64,000 nucleotides of DNA from an uncultured Chloroflexia bacterium (GCA_963788685.1 CAWBHP010000016.1:76272-140271), one strand, 5' to 3'. Counted from the stretch's first letter, positions 21,046-33,616 are shown. The notes: a model not told the origin generated them from the letters alone. A program made the numbers and translations.

Positions 21046-22361
21046 CTAGCGGGACGGGCGCGAGCGGGCCGCCAGCCAGTCCTGGAGCCGGAACCACTCG
21101 CCAGCGAACGGCAGGAACCACGGGCGGCCCTCGTACGGCGCCGGCACGAGCGGGAACTTCAGGCGCGACAGCGCCGGCGCCGGATCGCCCGACAGCCAGC
21201 CGCCGACCGCCGTCCCGAGTGACGTCATGAGGGCGACGCCCGTCCCGCAACAGCCCATCGCGTAGGTCACGCCGTTCATCCGTCCGACGTGGGGCATCCG
21301 ATCGAACGTGAACCCGACGTTCCCGCCCCAGGCGTAGTCGACGCGCAGCCCAGCGAGCTGGGGGTGGACCTCGAGCATCCCCTTGTGGAGGATCGCCGCG
21401 GTCCGGTCGACGGTCGTCGGCAGGAAGCTGGCCCGGCCGCCGAAGATCATCCGGCGGTCGGCCGAGACGTGCCAGTAATAGAGGAAGTTCTTCGTGTCGA
21501 AGAACGCCCGGCCCTTCGGCGAGATCTCACGCGCGAGATCCTCCGACAGCGGCTCCGTGGCGATGATGTAGCTGCCGATCGGGATGATCCGGCGGCGCAG
21601 CGACGGGACCAGCCCGTCCGTGTAGCCGTTCGTCCCGACGACGACGTCCCTCGCCAGGATCGCGCCCCGATCCGTCTTGACGACCAGGCGGCCGTCGGCC
21701 TGGCGGCGGATCGTCCGCGCCCGGACGCCTTCGTGCAGATCCGCGCCGGCGCGCTCCGCGGCCGCGACCAGCCCGCCGAAGTACTTGCCCGGGTGGAGCA
21801 GCCCGCTCGACGGGACGGCGAGCCCACCGTGATACGCGTCGCGACCCGATCTCCTCGCGCAGCCGCTCGCGGGGCACGAACGTCGCCTCGACACCGAACG
21901 CGGCGAGGCTCTCGGCCGCCTTGACGAGATGGTCCACGTGGGACGGTGCGTAGGCGAGGTCGATGTAGCCGCACTCCCGGAACTCGCAGTCGATCGCCTC
22001 GTCGGCGATGAGTGCCTTGACGAGCCCGTAGGCGTCGAGGGTCTCGCGGAACAGCTCGCGTCCCGTCTCCTCGCCGTAGCGCTCGACGAGTTCTCGCGGT
22101 CCCCACTTGTAGCCGGGATGGACGATGCCGCCGTTGCGCGTCGAGCCACCGAAGCCCGAGCGTCTCGGCCTCGAGGAGGCTGACCGATGCGCCGCGGCGG
22201 GCGAGCTCGCGGGCCGCGGTAATCCCCGTGTAGCCACCGCCGACCACGACGACATCGACCGAGTCCGGGAGCTGCCGCCCGCGCCGGTCGGGCAACGGGG
22301 GCATCGTCGCGTGCCAGTACGGCCGGCGCTCGAAGTCGTCGTTGAGGGTCGAATCTGGCAT
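21046..22361 (-). CDS. FAD-dependent oxidoreductase (DAO family; glycine/D-amino-acid or gamma-glutamylputrescine oxidase-like); 2-3 frame breaks
   Basis: MPDSTLNDDFERRPYWHATMP...VDVVVVGGGYTGITAARELARRGASVSLLEAETLGFGGSTRNGG (pieces from ORFs 21447..22430 and 21527..22255). C-terminal 300 aa come from ORF 21046..22149 (LHPGKYFGGL...VVGTNGYT...YYWHVSADRRMIFGGR...GCCGTGVALMT). Confidence 0.75.
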
Positions 22362-22483
22362 CGGGCGCAGCGTAGCGGAGCGGGCGGCCGTCATGCTGTT
22401 GCGGCGGCTGGTTCCTGCGGCGTCGCGCACGCTGTGAACCTTCGGCCCGCGAGCGGCATCAACTCACTGAACGCAAGGAGGGT

Positions 22484-23040
22484 TACGCCGATCGGACCCG
22501 CGATTGACCGGTCGGTCGTCGACCGGGCACGCAACGGCGACCTCGATGCGTTCGAGTCGATCGTTCGTGGCCGGATGGATGCCGTGTACCGACTGACCAG
22601 CGCGATCCTCGGTGACGAGGCCGACGCTCGCGACGCCGCCCAGGAGACGTTCGTCGCGGCGTGGCGAGAGCTGCCCCGACTCCGCGACCCCGACAAGTTC
22701 GAGGCGTGGCTCCAGCGCGTCGCGGTGAACGCCTCGCGAATGACGCTCCGCGCCCGCGGCCGGCGCCGCGTTCGGGAGATCCCGTCGTCCCAGGTGGCCG
22801 CGCTCGCGAGTCACGCCGCGCCGGGCGGCGCCGATGACGATGCAGGCCTCCTCGATGCGCGCGCTTCGCCGCCTCACGATCGACCAGCGGTCGATCCTCG
22901 TCCTCCACCACCTCGAAGGACAGCCGCTCGCGGCGATCGCGGCGGTCCTCGAAATTCCGCTCGGGACGGCGAAGTCGAGGCTGTTCAGCGCGAGGCGCGC
23001 GCTCGAGTCGGCCCTTCGAGCCGAAGAAGGCGACCGATGA
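22484..23040 (+). CDS. ECF (sigma-70 family group 4) RNA polymerase sigma factor; one frame break near 22830; start unresolved
   Basis: Region 2: DRARNGDLDAFESIVRGRMDAVYRLTSAILGDEADARDAAQETFVAAWRELPRL. Region 4 from ORF 22834..23040: LTIDQRSILVLHHLEGQPLAAIAAVLEIPLGTAKSRLFSARRAL. RBS AAGGAGGG at ~22470. Confidence 0.8.
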
Positions 23041-25334
23041 CGGACGACCGACGGCCGACCGACTGGCCGGACGAGCGCCTGGCCGAGCGCCTTCCTGGCC
23101 CGAGCCGCAGCTCGCCCTACCCCGCCGGATCTGGCCGCGGCAACGCTCGAGCGGGTTCGCCGCTCGTCTCCGCGATCGCATCGAGCGCCCGTGGCTAGGT
23201 CGTTCGGAGCGATCGGCGCGGCTGCGGCGGTCGTCGTCGTCGTGGCGGTCATAACCATCGGCCGACCTGCCGTGGAACCAGGCCAAAGTCCCTCGACGGC
23301 TCCTGGCCTGGAGGTCCTGAGCGTCGCGGAGGCGATCGCGATCCGCGACGCGGACCCCACCGATCGCGAGATCGCCGGTCCGCGGCTACTTTTCGCCCGC
23401 CCCCGCGATGCGCTGCGTCGAGTCCGGACTTCGTCGCGAACCCCGTCCGGCTCGAATGCCCCGACGCGTTTCAGTGGCTCCTCGACACACCAGCGCCGCT
23501 CGGTCAGATCACGAGAACGCTGCCATCGGGCCGCGTCGGGTTCCAGCCGATCCTGCCGTTCCTCGACACGTCGGTGCTGACTCCGGCCGCGACGAAGGCG
23601 GAGATGGCGGGATCGCTCGTCGAGGTCGTGTTCATCGGCCACTTCCACGACCGGCGCGGACACCCGAACCTGTGCGCTACGGGGAAAGACGCCGACTGCG
23701 ACGGCTTCGTCGTCGACGGGATCCGCTCGGTCGGCGGCGAGAACGTTCCAGCGAGCACCCTGATCAGCCTGGAACCGTACCCGGATATGCCGCGCCACGA
23801 GCCGGTCTGGACTCCAGCCGATGTCGATCGTCTGTTGCTCGCGGCGGCACCGGACTTCGAGATCCTGTCGCGGGTCGCTCTGCCAGGGCACCGCATCCGC
23901 GAGCTGGAGCCGGCCCTCGGGACTGGCGCGCTCGGGATCATCGATCGACCGATCGCTTGGGTCGTAACAGGCCTCGACGCGGGCGGCGGCGGGGCGCCAG
24001 TTCGGCGGACCTTCCTTCTGGTCGACAACACGGCCGAGGCATACGAGACAGTGCCGTGGGACGTGGACAACGTCGGCTTCGTGCCGTTCACCCTGGTCGC
24101 GCATGCCACTTGCCCCGATCACCGAGCCCGATCACGCTCGATCTCGTCGATCACGAGGGCAGGCACCTCAGCGTCGAGATCATCGACGAGTCTGGGCTTC
24201 TCGTCTCGGCCGCACCCGTTCCGCCCGGCACGCCGTTGGACGTGCCAACTCCGGGCAATGACGTTGCGGTCAGCCAGGTGGCTGGCCAGCCGAACGAGAT
24301 TCGCCTCAGCTGGGTCGGTGGGGTGTGTGATGGGCCAATGCGCTTCACGATTCGCCCCGATGGCCGGACGATCTTCGTGGAATTACTCCCCTGGGAGAGC
24401 GGAACAGACGACCATATCATGCATCCTCCTCGGGATCCAGCGCGGCGTCGACCCTGACCTTCTCGGAGCCGGTTTCCGCGTCGGAAGTCGAGATTGTAGT
24501 TTCCCGGCTGCATCAGTCCCCGGCCCCGTCGGAGTCGCCGACGGTTTCGACGGTCGTTGGCGAACCGATCACCGTCAGCAGGCCATCGAGCGCCGTGCAA
24601 CCGGCTCGACGACACGGAAATCGCCGTTCGCGGCTACGTCTGGAGCCCGCCCGACGTGACCTGCCAACTGTCTCTCGCCCGGCCCAAGTCGCCGCTCCTG
24701 CCCCTGTGCCCGGCTGAGCTGTCGTTGCTTGCCGACGGTCCGCAGCCGGCCTCGTCGAGCCCCGCGGTCCCGGACGCCCGTTGTGCCCGCCCTCGACTGT
24801 TGATCCAACCCGAAACGTATGTCGGCGAACGATCGTCCCCGCGGAGCCGCCGGAAGTCGACCTGTCGAGGTGATCGGCTCGGCCACTTCGACGACCACCG
24901 GGCCGCCCAGTGCCCGCCGATCAAATCGAAACCTGCCGTCGAACATTCGTCGTCGATGCCCTCTCGATGCGGGGCGGCCGGATCTCGACCTCAATGCGAT
25001 CGAGGCGGTGCGCCCGGATCCATCGATCCAGACCGTCGCCACTGCGGCGGAGACGGAGCGAGCCGCCACCGCGGCGACGGCGGGCGGCGCAATCGTCCTC
25101 GCGGCGTTCGCCGTCTCCGGCTCGGACCTCATGTCATTCGAGCCGCAGGCGGCCGAATCGAGCGAATTCACTGCCGCTGCGGCAGTCTGGATCGTCCGTT
25201 ACGTCGAGTGGGATGCGGAGCGGCCGGTGCTCAAGACGAAGCTGATCATCGACGGGCCGGTCGAGTCGCTTCGTCGGTTCGTCTGCTCCCCGACGCTCGA
25301 TGGCCTGGCGTGCCGAGTTGCCATCATCAACTGA
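23037..25334 (+). CDS. Putative anti-sigma factor / membrane-anchored protein with two Cys-containing extracytoplasmic modules; heavily frame-broken (8 or more switches)
   Basis: The ATG overlaps the sigma-factor stop (ATGA at 23037). TM segment SFGAIGAAAAVVVVVAVITIG. Module 1: EIA|VRGYFSP...CAASSPDFVANPVRLECPDAFQWL...LVEVVFIGHFHDRRGHPNLCATGKDADCDGFVVDG. Module 2: EIAVRGYVWSPPDVTCQ...LCPAEL...VEVIGHFDDHRAAQCP...ETCRRTFVVDAL. The end ...WIVRYVEWDAERPVLKTKLIIDGPVESLRRFVCSPTLDGLACRVAIIN* stops at 25332-25334. Confidence 0.45.
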
Positions 25335-26705
25335 CCTCGACTGCCGCCTGGTGCGCCAGTTGGCCGTTGGCGATCGTCGCAAGCACTCGACCTGAGAGCC
25401 GGCGACCCAGCAGCGGCGAGTTCTTGCCTTTCGAGACCAACAAATCGGCCGAGACCGTCCACGATTCGGACCGATCGAAGACGACGAGGTCCGCCGGCTC
25501 ACCCTCCGCAAGGCCGACCGGCCGGTCGACGAACCGCCTGCCAAGAACCGCGGCCGGGCCCGTCGTGAGCGACTCGATCGCCCGCGCTAGCGGCATCAGC
25601 CCGGCATCGACGGCCGCTAACAACACGCCAAGCGCCGTCTCGATCCCGCTCATCCCGTTCGCGGCCAGCCCGAACTCGACCTCCTTGTCCACGGCGGTAT
25701 GCGGCGCGTGGTCCGTCGCGACCGCGTCCGCGGTCCCGTCGAAAAGCGCCTCACGGCACGCGGCCGCGTCGCCGGCCGAGCGCAAGGGCGGGTTCACCCG
25801 CAGCGAGCTCGCGTACGGCGCGGCCGTGATCGCGCCGTCGCTCCATGGGTCGCCCGTCGCCTCCCACGCCCAGCGCCGCGAGCCGGCGACCCACTCGTCG
25901 GTCAACGCGAGGTGATGCGGCGTCACATCGCACGTCACGGGCAGGCCCGCTGCCTTCGCCCGCCGGACCAGGTCGAGCGAGCCGGCGGTCGACACGTGGG
26001 TCAGGTGAAGCCGCGCTCCGGGCACGTCCCGAACCACCTCGGCGAGGATCGCGAGGTCGCGAGCCACGGCCGCCTCCTCCGCGGCGGCGGGCCAGCCGCG
26101 CAGCCCGAGGACCGTCGCGACGAATCCGTCGTTCGCCACGGCGCCGACGGTCTGGGTCGCGTCCTCCGCGTGGTCGACGAGCGGCAGCCCGAGCGCCCCG
26201 GCGTAGGCGAGCGCGTTCCTGACGAGCTCCGCCGAGCCGACGCACGATCCGTCGTCGGAGAAGCCGACGACGCCGGCATCCGCCAGCTCGCCCAGCGCCG
26301 CGAGCGTCTCTCCGCCACGCCCGGCCGTCACCGCCCCGTACGCCAGCGCCCGCACCGGCGAGCCGCTCGCGGCGGCGGCCGCGGTGACCCGTGCCAGGAC
26401 CGTCGGGTCGTCGAGCGCCGGGGTGGTGTTCGGCATGAGGCAGACGGTCGTGAAGCCGCCATGGGCGGCAGCCGCCAGCCCCGACGCGATCGTCTCCGCG
26501 TCCTCGTTGCCCGGCTCGCGAAAGTGGGCGTGGAGGTCGATGAAGCCGGGGGCCACGACAACGCCGCGGTCGTCGATCCCCTCCGCGTCCACCCCGTCCA
26601 GCCAGACGACCGACTCGAGGATCCCGTCCCGGACGACGATGTCGCCCGGCCCCTCCCGGCCCGCCGCCGGGTCGACGAGCCAGGCCCGGCTGATGTCGAG
26701 GTCGG

Positions 26706-26709
<4 letters not shown>
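25327..26709 (-). CDS. pyrC: Dihydroorotase
   Basis: VTDLDISRAWLVDP...APGFIDLHAHFREPG...GGFTTVCLMPNT...HLTHVSTAGS...DVTPHHL...ATDHAPH. GTG 26709 overlaps the pyrB stop (GTGA). Intact. Confidence 0.9.
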
Positions 26710-28375
<1,666 letters not shown>

Positions 28376-28485
28376 GCCGACAGGATACCGCAGCCCGCTC
28401 CCCGACCGACACCGGCGCGGGCCCGAATGACGGACTTGGGCGAACATGGACCCGGACAAGCGACAGTCGAGGAGGCGGCCCTTCA

Positions 28486-29490
28486 ATGTTGACCCTCGGA
28501 TACAAGGCATCGGCCGAGCAGTTCGGGCCGCGGGAGCTGCTTGACTTCGCGATCCAGGCCGAACAGACGGGCTTCGACAGCGTCTTCGTCAGCGACCACT
28601 ACCAGCCGTGGCGCCACACCGATGGCCACGCCCCGAACTGTTTCGCCTGGCTGGGCGCGCTGGCCGCGCGGACGGAGCGGGTGGCGATCGGGACGAGCGT
28701 GCTGACTCCGACGTTCCGCTACCACCCGGCGATCGTGGCCCAGGCGATGGCCACGATCGGCTGCCTCGCGGAGGGCCGCCGGGTCATCCTCGGCGTCGGC
28801 ACCGGCGAGTCACTCAACGAGGTGCCGCTCGGGATCGAGTGGCCTGATCAGAAGGAGCGATTCGCGAGGCTGAAGGAGGCGAGCGAGCTCATCCACCGGC
28901 TGTGGACGGAGGAGTTCGTGACGTTCGAGGGTGAGTTCTTCAAGACCGTCAACGCGACCGTCTACGACCGTCCGAAGAAGCCTGTCGAGTACTGGATCGC
29001 AGCGGCTGGTCCGGCGGCGGCGCGGCTGGCGGGACGGGTCGCCGACGGCTTCATCTGCACGTCCGGCAAAGGGATGGAGCTGTACGCCGACACGCTCCTG
29101 CCGGCCGTCGCGGAGGGTGCCGAGAAGGCCGGTCGGTCAACCGACGCTGTCGAGAAGATGATCGAGGTCAAGGTCTCGTACGACCACGACCGGAATCGGG
29201 CCCTCGAGGACACCCGGATCTGGGCGGCGCTGGCCCTGCCGGCCGAATCGAAGATGGGCGTCGAGGATCCGCGGGAGATGGAACGCCTCGCCGCCGAGCT
29301 GCCGCTCGAGAAGGCCGCCAGCCGCTGGCTCGTGTCGTCCGATCCCGAGGAGCACGTCGAGCAGATCCGGCCCTACGTCGAGCTCGGCTTCACCCACCTG
29401 GTGTTCCACGCCCCGGGCAACGACCAGGCCCGCTTCCTCGACCTCTACAGCCGCGAAATCCTGCCGCGACTACGCGACCGCTGGGGCTGA
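28486..29490 (+). CDS. fgd: F420-dependent glucose-6-phosphate dehydrogenase (LLM-class F420 oxidoreductase)
   Basis: Intact 334 aa: MLTLGYKASAEQFGPRELLDFAIQAEQTGFDSVFVSDHYQPWRHTDGHAP...VGTGESLNEVP...WIAAAGPAAARLAGRVADGFICTSGK...LVFHAPGNDQ. RBS GAGGAGG upstream. Confidence 0.88.
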   Translation: MLTLGYKASAEQFGPRELLDFAIQAEQTGFDSVFVSDHYQPWRHTDGHAPNCFAWLGALAARTERVAIGTSVLTPTFRYHPAIVAQAMATIGCLAEGRRVILGVGTGESLNEVPLGIEWPDQKERFARLKEASELIHRLWTEEFVTFEGEFFKTVNATVYDRPKKPVEYWIAAAGPAAARLAGRVADGFICTSGKGMELYADTLLPAVAEGAEKAGRSTDAVEKMIEVKVSYDHDRNRALEDTRIWAALALPAESKMGVEDPREMERLAAELPLEKAASRWLVSSDPEEHVEQIRPYVELGFTHLVFHAPGNDQARFLDLYSREILPRLRDRWG

Positions 29491-29498
29491 CGCGACAG

Positions 29499-30057
29499 TC
29501 AGTAGACCGAGACCGTCACCCACGTCGTGCCGGCCCACGACGGGCAGCCGCAGACATCGAAGAAGTCTGGGGTGTAGAGGTCGACGATCCGCTGGTTGAA
29601 GTCGTGCGGACCGTAGTCAGTGATGACCCGCTCGATGCAGCCGCCCTTGCCGCAGACGATGACGGTCGTCCCTCGCGGCAGCCGCATCGCCGTCGTCCCG
29701 TTGCTGTAGAAGGTCGCGTAGCCGCTGATCTTGTAGCGCGGCGGCTTGAGGCGTCGACCCGCCGTTGGCCGCGGGCTGCTGGACCGTCGGGCGGCCGACG
29801 ATCCGTTCGGGCGCCTGGCCCGGCTCCACGAATGCCGTGTCGGCGGTGACGCGGCCGGCGGAGGCCAGCGACGGATCAAGCGGACCGACCGAGGTCGGAT
29901 GTTCGCCGGCGGACGCTGGGATCGGAATCGACTGGAACGCCGCCGGATCCACGATGCTCGCGGAGCTGGGGCTCCGGGAGCCGGCGATGTCCGGCAGCAC
30001 GACCAGGGCGAGGGCGACGGTGAGCGCCGCGATCGCGAGCAATCGGCTCGGTCGCAC
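29499..30057 (-). CDS. RlpA-like double-psi beta-barrel (DPBB) domain secreted protein; one frame break near 29760
   Basis: GTG 30057. Signal/anchor MRPSRLLAIAALTVALALVVLP (ORF 29617..30057). C-terminal DPBB from ORF 29499..: KISGYATFYSNGTTAMRLPRGTTVIVCGKGGCIERVITDYGP...RIVDLYTPDFFDV. Confidence 0.65.
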
Positions 30058-30133
30058 GATCCGCGCACGATACGCCGATTCGGGCCCGCCCGCATCCTCC
30101 TGTCCCGCCGGACGGGTGCGCGGCGAAAGCGCC

Positions 30134-31863
30134 TCAGCGAACGAGCAGGAAGTCCCCCTCGGCGCTCTCGACCCGGCCGAATCCCTCGTTCGTCCAGGCG
30201 AGGATCTTCACGTGCTTGGCCTTGCCCGAGTTGCCAGCCGGGGCCGCCCATGCGAGCCGGCCGTCGGCGATCGAGAAGCCGGCGAGCGCGCGCTCGTCCT
30301 CGAGCTGCGGGCTTGCGAGGTCGATCCGACCGTCGAACGGGTCGACGACGTAGAGGCTCAGGGTTCCGACTGCCGGGTCTTCCGCGTCGGCGACCCAGAC
30401 GGCGAGCCGCGTGCCGGTCTCGTCCCAGCGCGCGTCCCAATCGGCGAGCGGACCCTCGGCGATCGTGGTCTCGGCGCGTTCCTCGGTCTGGTCGCCGGTC
30501 AGGGGCGTTGGGCTTGCGCCGCCGGAGGTGTCCGTGCCGCCACTCCATCGACCGACGACGAGGCGCCCCGCGACGGTCCGCCAGCCGAGACCGTCGGCGG
30601 CCGGCTCGAGCGGGCCGGCCCAGTAGACCGCCGCGCCCCCGGTGGGGTCGACCACGGGGCGCCACGCGAGGCCGGCCTGCGGAAGGGAGACTGCGCCCTG
30701 GCCGTCAGTCGCGAGCACGAAGGCCGCGGGAGTGCTCGTCAGCCCGTCGGCCGAGGTCACAACGGTGCTGCCGACGACCGTCTCGCCGTCCCACGAGCCG
30801 AAGACCGATCGGTGGTCGGTCGTGATCGGACGGGCCTTGGCATCGCCGACGTTCCAGAGATAGATGTCGGGTCCGTGCGAACCATCGGACGGCCGAGCCG
30901 TGAAGGCAAAGGCCGAGCCATCCGGGGCGTAGGCCGCGGTCGTATCGACCACGTCGAGGCCACGTCGCGATCTCGACCGTCCCGGTCGGCGGTTCGTTCG
31001 AGGCCGGTGGCGTCGTGGCGACGGGCGGGCTAGCCGGTGGCGTCGGGCCGCTCGTGTCCGAGCCCGATGGCGATGCCGTCGGCGCGACCGGCGGGGTGGG
31101 CCTGATCGACGGTGTCGAACCGGGCCCGATCGTCTTGTCCGGCTTCGCGATCGCAAAGACGCTCGACCCGTTGGCGGTGTCGCCGAGGACGACGAGCGGC
31201 GCGTCGCCCGATCCGAACACGGTCTCCGGGCTGGCGAGGGGACCGAGGTTGACGACCTCGCTCGGCCTCGTCGTCGCACACGTGCCGGCTTCGGGCGGAC
31301 AGACCTCGGAGATCCGGGTGGTGTTGAGCTGGTACTGACCGTTGGGATCGAGGCTCACGTACAGAACTTCCTGGCGCGCGACCGCGAGCATCGTCGGGCC
31401 CGCGGACGGGGCGGTGCTGGTGACGGCGATCTCGCTCGATGCGGCGGGCGTGAGTGCCGGTACGACGGAATGCTGGGAGGAGGTCAGCGTTCCGACGACG
31501 ACAGCCACGGCCACCGCACCGGCGAGCAGGGCATACGGGGCAAGGGTGGACCGGCGTGGCCCGCCGCGAGGTTGGAGTGCCCGATGGCGCGCCTCGCGCT
31601 CGATCGCCGTTGCGGTCCTCGCCCACAGGTCGCGGGGCGGGGCGGGCACTCGATCGCGCAGGGTCCGGAGCTCGAGACGCTGGGCCGCGTACTCGACGGC
31701 CGTGACCGCGCAGTCGTCACAGCTCGCGAGATGCTCGTCCAGCCAGCTGCGACTCCTCGGGATCGAGGGGGCCGTCGAGCCGTTCCGAGAGCCGCGAACG
31801 AGCACGGTCGTGTTGCGTCGTCCAGTCGTCGGAGCGCCCGCCGCGGCCGCCGAGGAGGCTCAC
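30134..31863 (-). CDS. Anti-sigma factor (zf-HC2) with a TM segment, Pro/Thr-rich linker and C-terminal TolB-like beta-propeller; about 2 frame breaks (~31745, ~30930)
   Basis: GTG 31863 overlaps the sigma-factor stop (GTGA). LDEHLASCDDC (zf-HC2). TM APYALLAGAVAVAVVVGTL. Linker PSIRPTPPVAPTASPSGSDTSGPTPPASPPVATTPP. Propeller-like AYAPDGSAFAFTARPSDGSHGPDIYLWNVGD...AVYWAGP...RLAVWVAD...GRLAWAAP. Confidence 0.65.
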
Positions 31864-32426
31864 TGCTTGTCTCCGGATGTGGCGGTGAACCGCGGCTCAG
31901 CCTCGGCGAGTCGTTCCGAAGCGAGCGCCTGGCGGAGGCTCTCCCGGGCCCGAGTCAGCAACGCTCGGGCGGCCACGTGGCTGACGCCGAGGGCAGCCGC
32001 AAGTTCGAGGCCAGTCAGATCGTGCAGCTCGGCCAGGAGGAGGGCGGCCCGTTGACGTTCGGGAATGCGCTCGAGGGCACGCTGGAGGTCGCCCGAGAGG
32101 TGGGCCTCCATCACGAGATGCTCGGCCGACGGGACCGCGCCGCGGGACTCGCCGGTCCATGGCAGGAAGCGGACGATCTTCTGGCGACGGATGTGGTCGA
32201 GGGCCACCCGGTGAGCGATCTGGTAGAGCCAGGCCCGCGCGTTCTCGGGCTTTTCGAGCGAGTCGTACGCGCGGTAGGCCTTGACGAACGCGTCCTGGGT
32301 CAGGTCCGCGGCGAGCTCCGGGTCGCGAATCATCCTGATCAGGTAGGCGTAGATCTCGCCGTGATGCTTGGCGAACAGCTCCTCGACGAAGAGGCCCGCG
32401 GAGTCGTGATCCCAGGCGCGGCTCAT
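31860..32426 (-). CDS. ECF RNA polymerase sigma factor
   Basis: LFAKHHGEIYAYLIRMIRDPELAADLTQDAFVKAYRAYDSL..ARAWLYQIAHRVALDHIRR...IPERQRAALLLAELHDLTGLELAAALGVSHVAARALLTRARESL. ATG 32426 (alternative start ~32486). Confidence 0.85.
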   Translation of the reverse strand: MSRAWDHDSAGLFVEELFAKHHGEIYAYLIRMIRDPELAADLTQDAFVKAYRAYDSLEKPENARAWLYQIAHRVALDHIRRQKIVRFLPWTGESRGAVPSAEHLVMEAHLSGDLQRALERIPERQRAALLLAELHDLTGLELAAALGVSHVAARALLTRARESLRQALASERLAEAEPRFTATSGDKQ

Positions 32427-32604
32427 CGCCGCGCCGCCGAACACGGCCCGGGTCGCGCCGAAGTCGCTGGTAAGGCCGCCGACCATCGGTCCTCCGAGGA
32501 GGGAGTGAGGAGGGAGCCGAGCGACAGTCGTCGCCCAGTCCACGAGGCAGAGACGAGGTGTTCCGTCCTCGTGTGACGCCGTCCCCGCAGCGGCGCACCG
32601 GCCA

Positions 32605-33612
32605 TCAGCCCGCCGCCTCCCGCGCATCGTGGAATGCCGGCCGGACGCGACCGAGAAGCTCCTCCACGGCATCCTCCGGAGAGACGGGATTGACGGGCAA
32701 TCCGGTCCCGAGTTCGAGGCCCGCGATCTCCCGGAGCCGGGGATGGACCTCCCAGTGCCAGTGGTACGTCGCGTCGACCTGCTCACGGAGCGGCGAGGTG
32801 TGCAGGACGAGGTTGTACGGCGGCCCGTCCAGGCCGGCGGCGAGTCGGCCCAGAACCTGCCGAAGGGCCTCGGCGGTGGCGGTGACGTCCGGATCCGTCG
32901 CTCTCCCGAAATCCGACTCGTGGCGGCGCGGAACGATCCAGATCTCGAAGGGAGAGCGCGAGGCGAACGGCGCGAACGCGACGGTGGAGTCGTCCTCCCA
33001 GACCATCCGATCGGGCCTGCTCGTCTCGTCGCGGACGAGGCGGCACCACGGGCACTCCCCTTCCCGGATGACGAACCGGGCAGAGCCGCCCAGCTCCTCC
33101 GCGACCCGGTGCGGGATCTGGGGGATGTCGTACAGATCGAGGCAGAGGTGGTTCGTCCGCGCTCCGGCCTGGGCACCCCAGTTCTGGATCACCTGGAGAT
33201 GGTCCGTCTGGGCGGTCGATCGGGCGTCCGAGATTGCCGCTCGCGCCTGGCCGACGAGGCCTTCGATGATCTCGTTGCCGACGGCGTGGAGCGGCCGGTG
33301 CTCGCCGGGAGGCGCGACGATCGTTCGCCAGCTACCGCTCGCCCGGGCCTGCGACAGCGCGACCTGGGCGAGCGTCCCGTCCAGCTCGCGGGCGTCCTCG
33401 TTCGTGCCGACGACATGGAAGGCGAAGTCCTTGAGCGTCCGGACCCGGATCCCGTCGCCCGCCGGCAGCCGGCAGTTCTGGCAGTCGCCGCCATCGTCGA
33501 CCAGCTCGGCCGGCGTCGCGAACCGGTCGCGATGAAAGGCGCGATCGACGACGGTGGCGACCCACCAGCCGGTAATCGGGTCCTTCCGGAGCTCGAACAG
33601 TCCTGCGGCCAT
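32605..33612 (-). CDS. Galactose-1-phosphate uridylyltransferase-like protein (GalT/HIT superfamily nucleotidyltransferase)
   Basis: LRKDPITGWWV...DCQNCRLPAGD...GECPWCRLV...FEIWIVPRRHE...ATYHWHWEVHPRL (HxHxE/Q-type motif). Intact. The start is 33612, or 33645, which would overlap lipB. Confidence 0.7.
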   Translation of the reverse strand: MAAGLFELRKDPITGWWVATVVDRAFHRDRFATPAELVDDGGDCQNCRLPAGDGIRVRTLKDFAFHVVGTNEDARELDGTLAQVALSQARASGSWRTIVAPPGEHRPLHAVGNEIIEGLVGQARAAISDARSTAQTDHLQVIQNWGAQAGARTNHLCLDLYDIPQIPHRVAEELGGSARFVIREGECPWCRLVRDETSRPDRMVWEDDSTVAFAPFASRSPFEIWIVPRRHESDFGRATDPDVTATAEALRQVLGRLAAGLDGPPYNLVLHTSPLREQVDATYHWHWEVHPRLREIAGLELGTGLPVNPVSPEDAVEELLGRVRPAFHDAREAAG

Positions 33613-33616
33613 TGGC

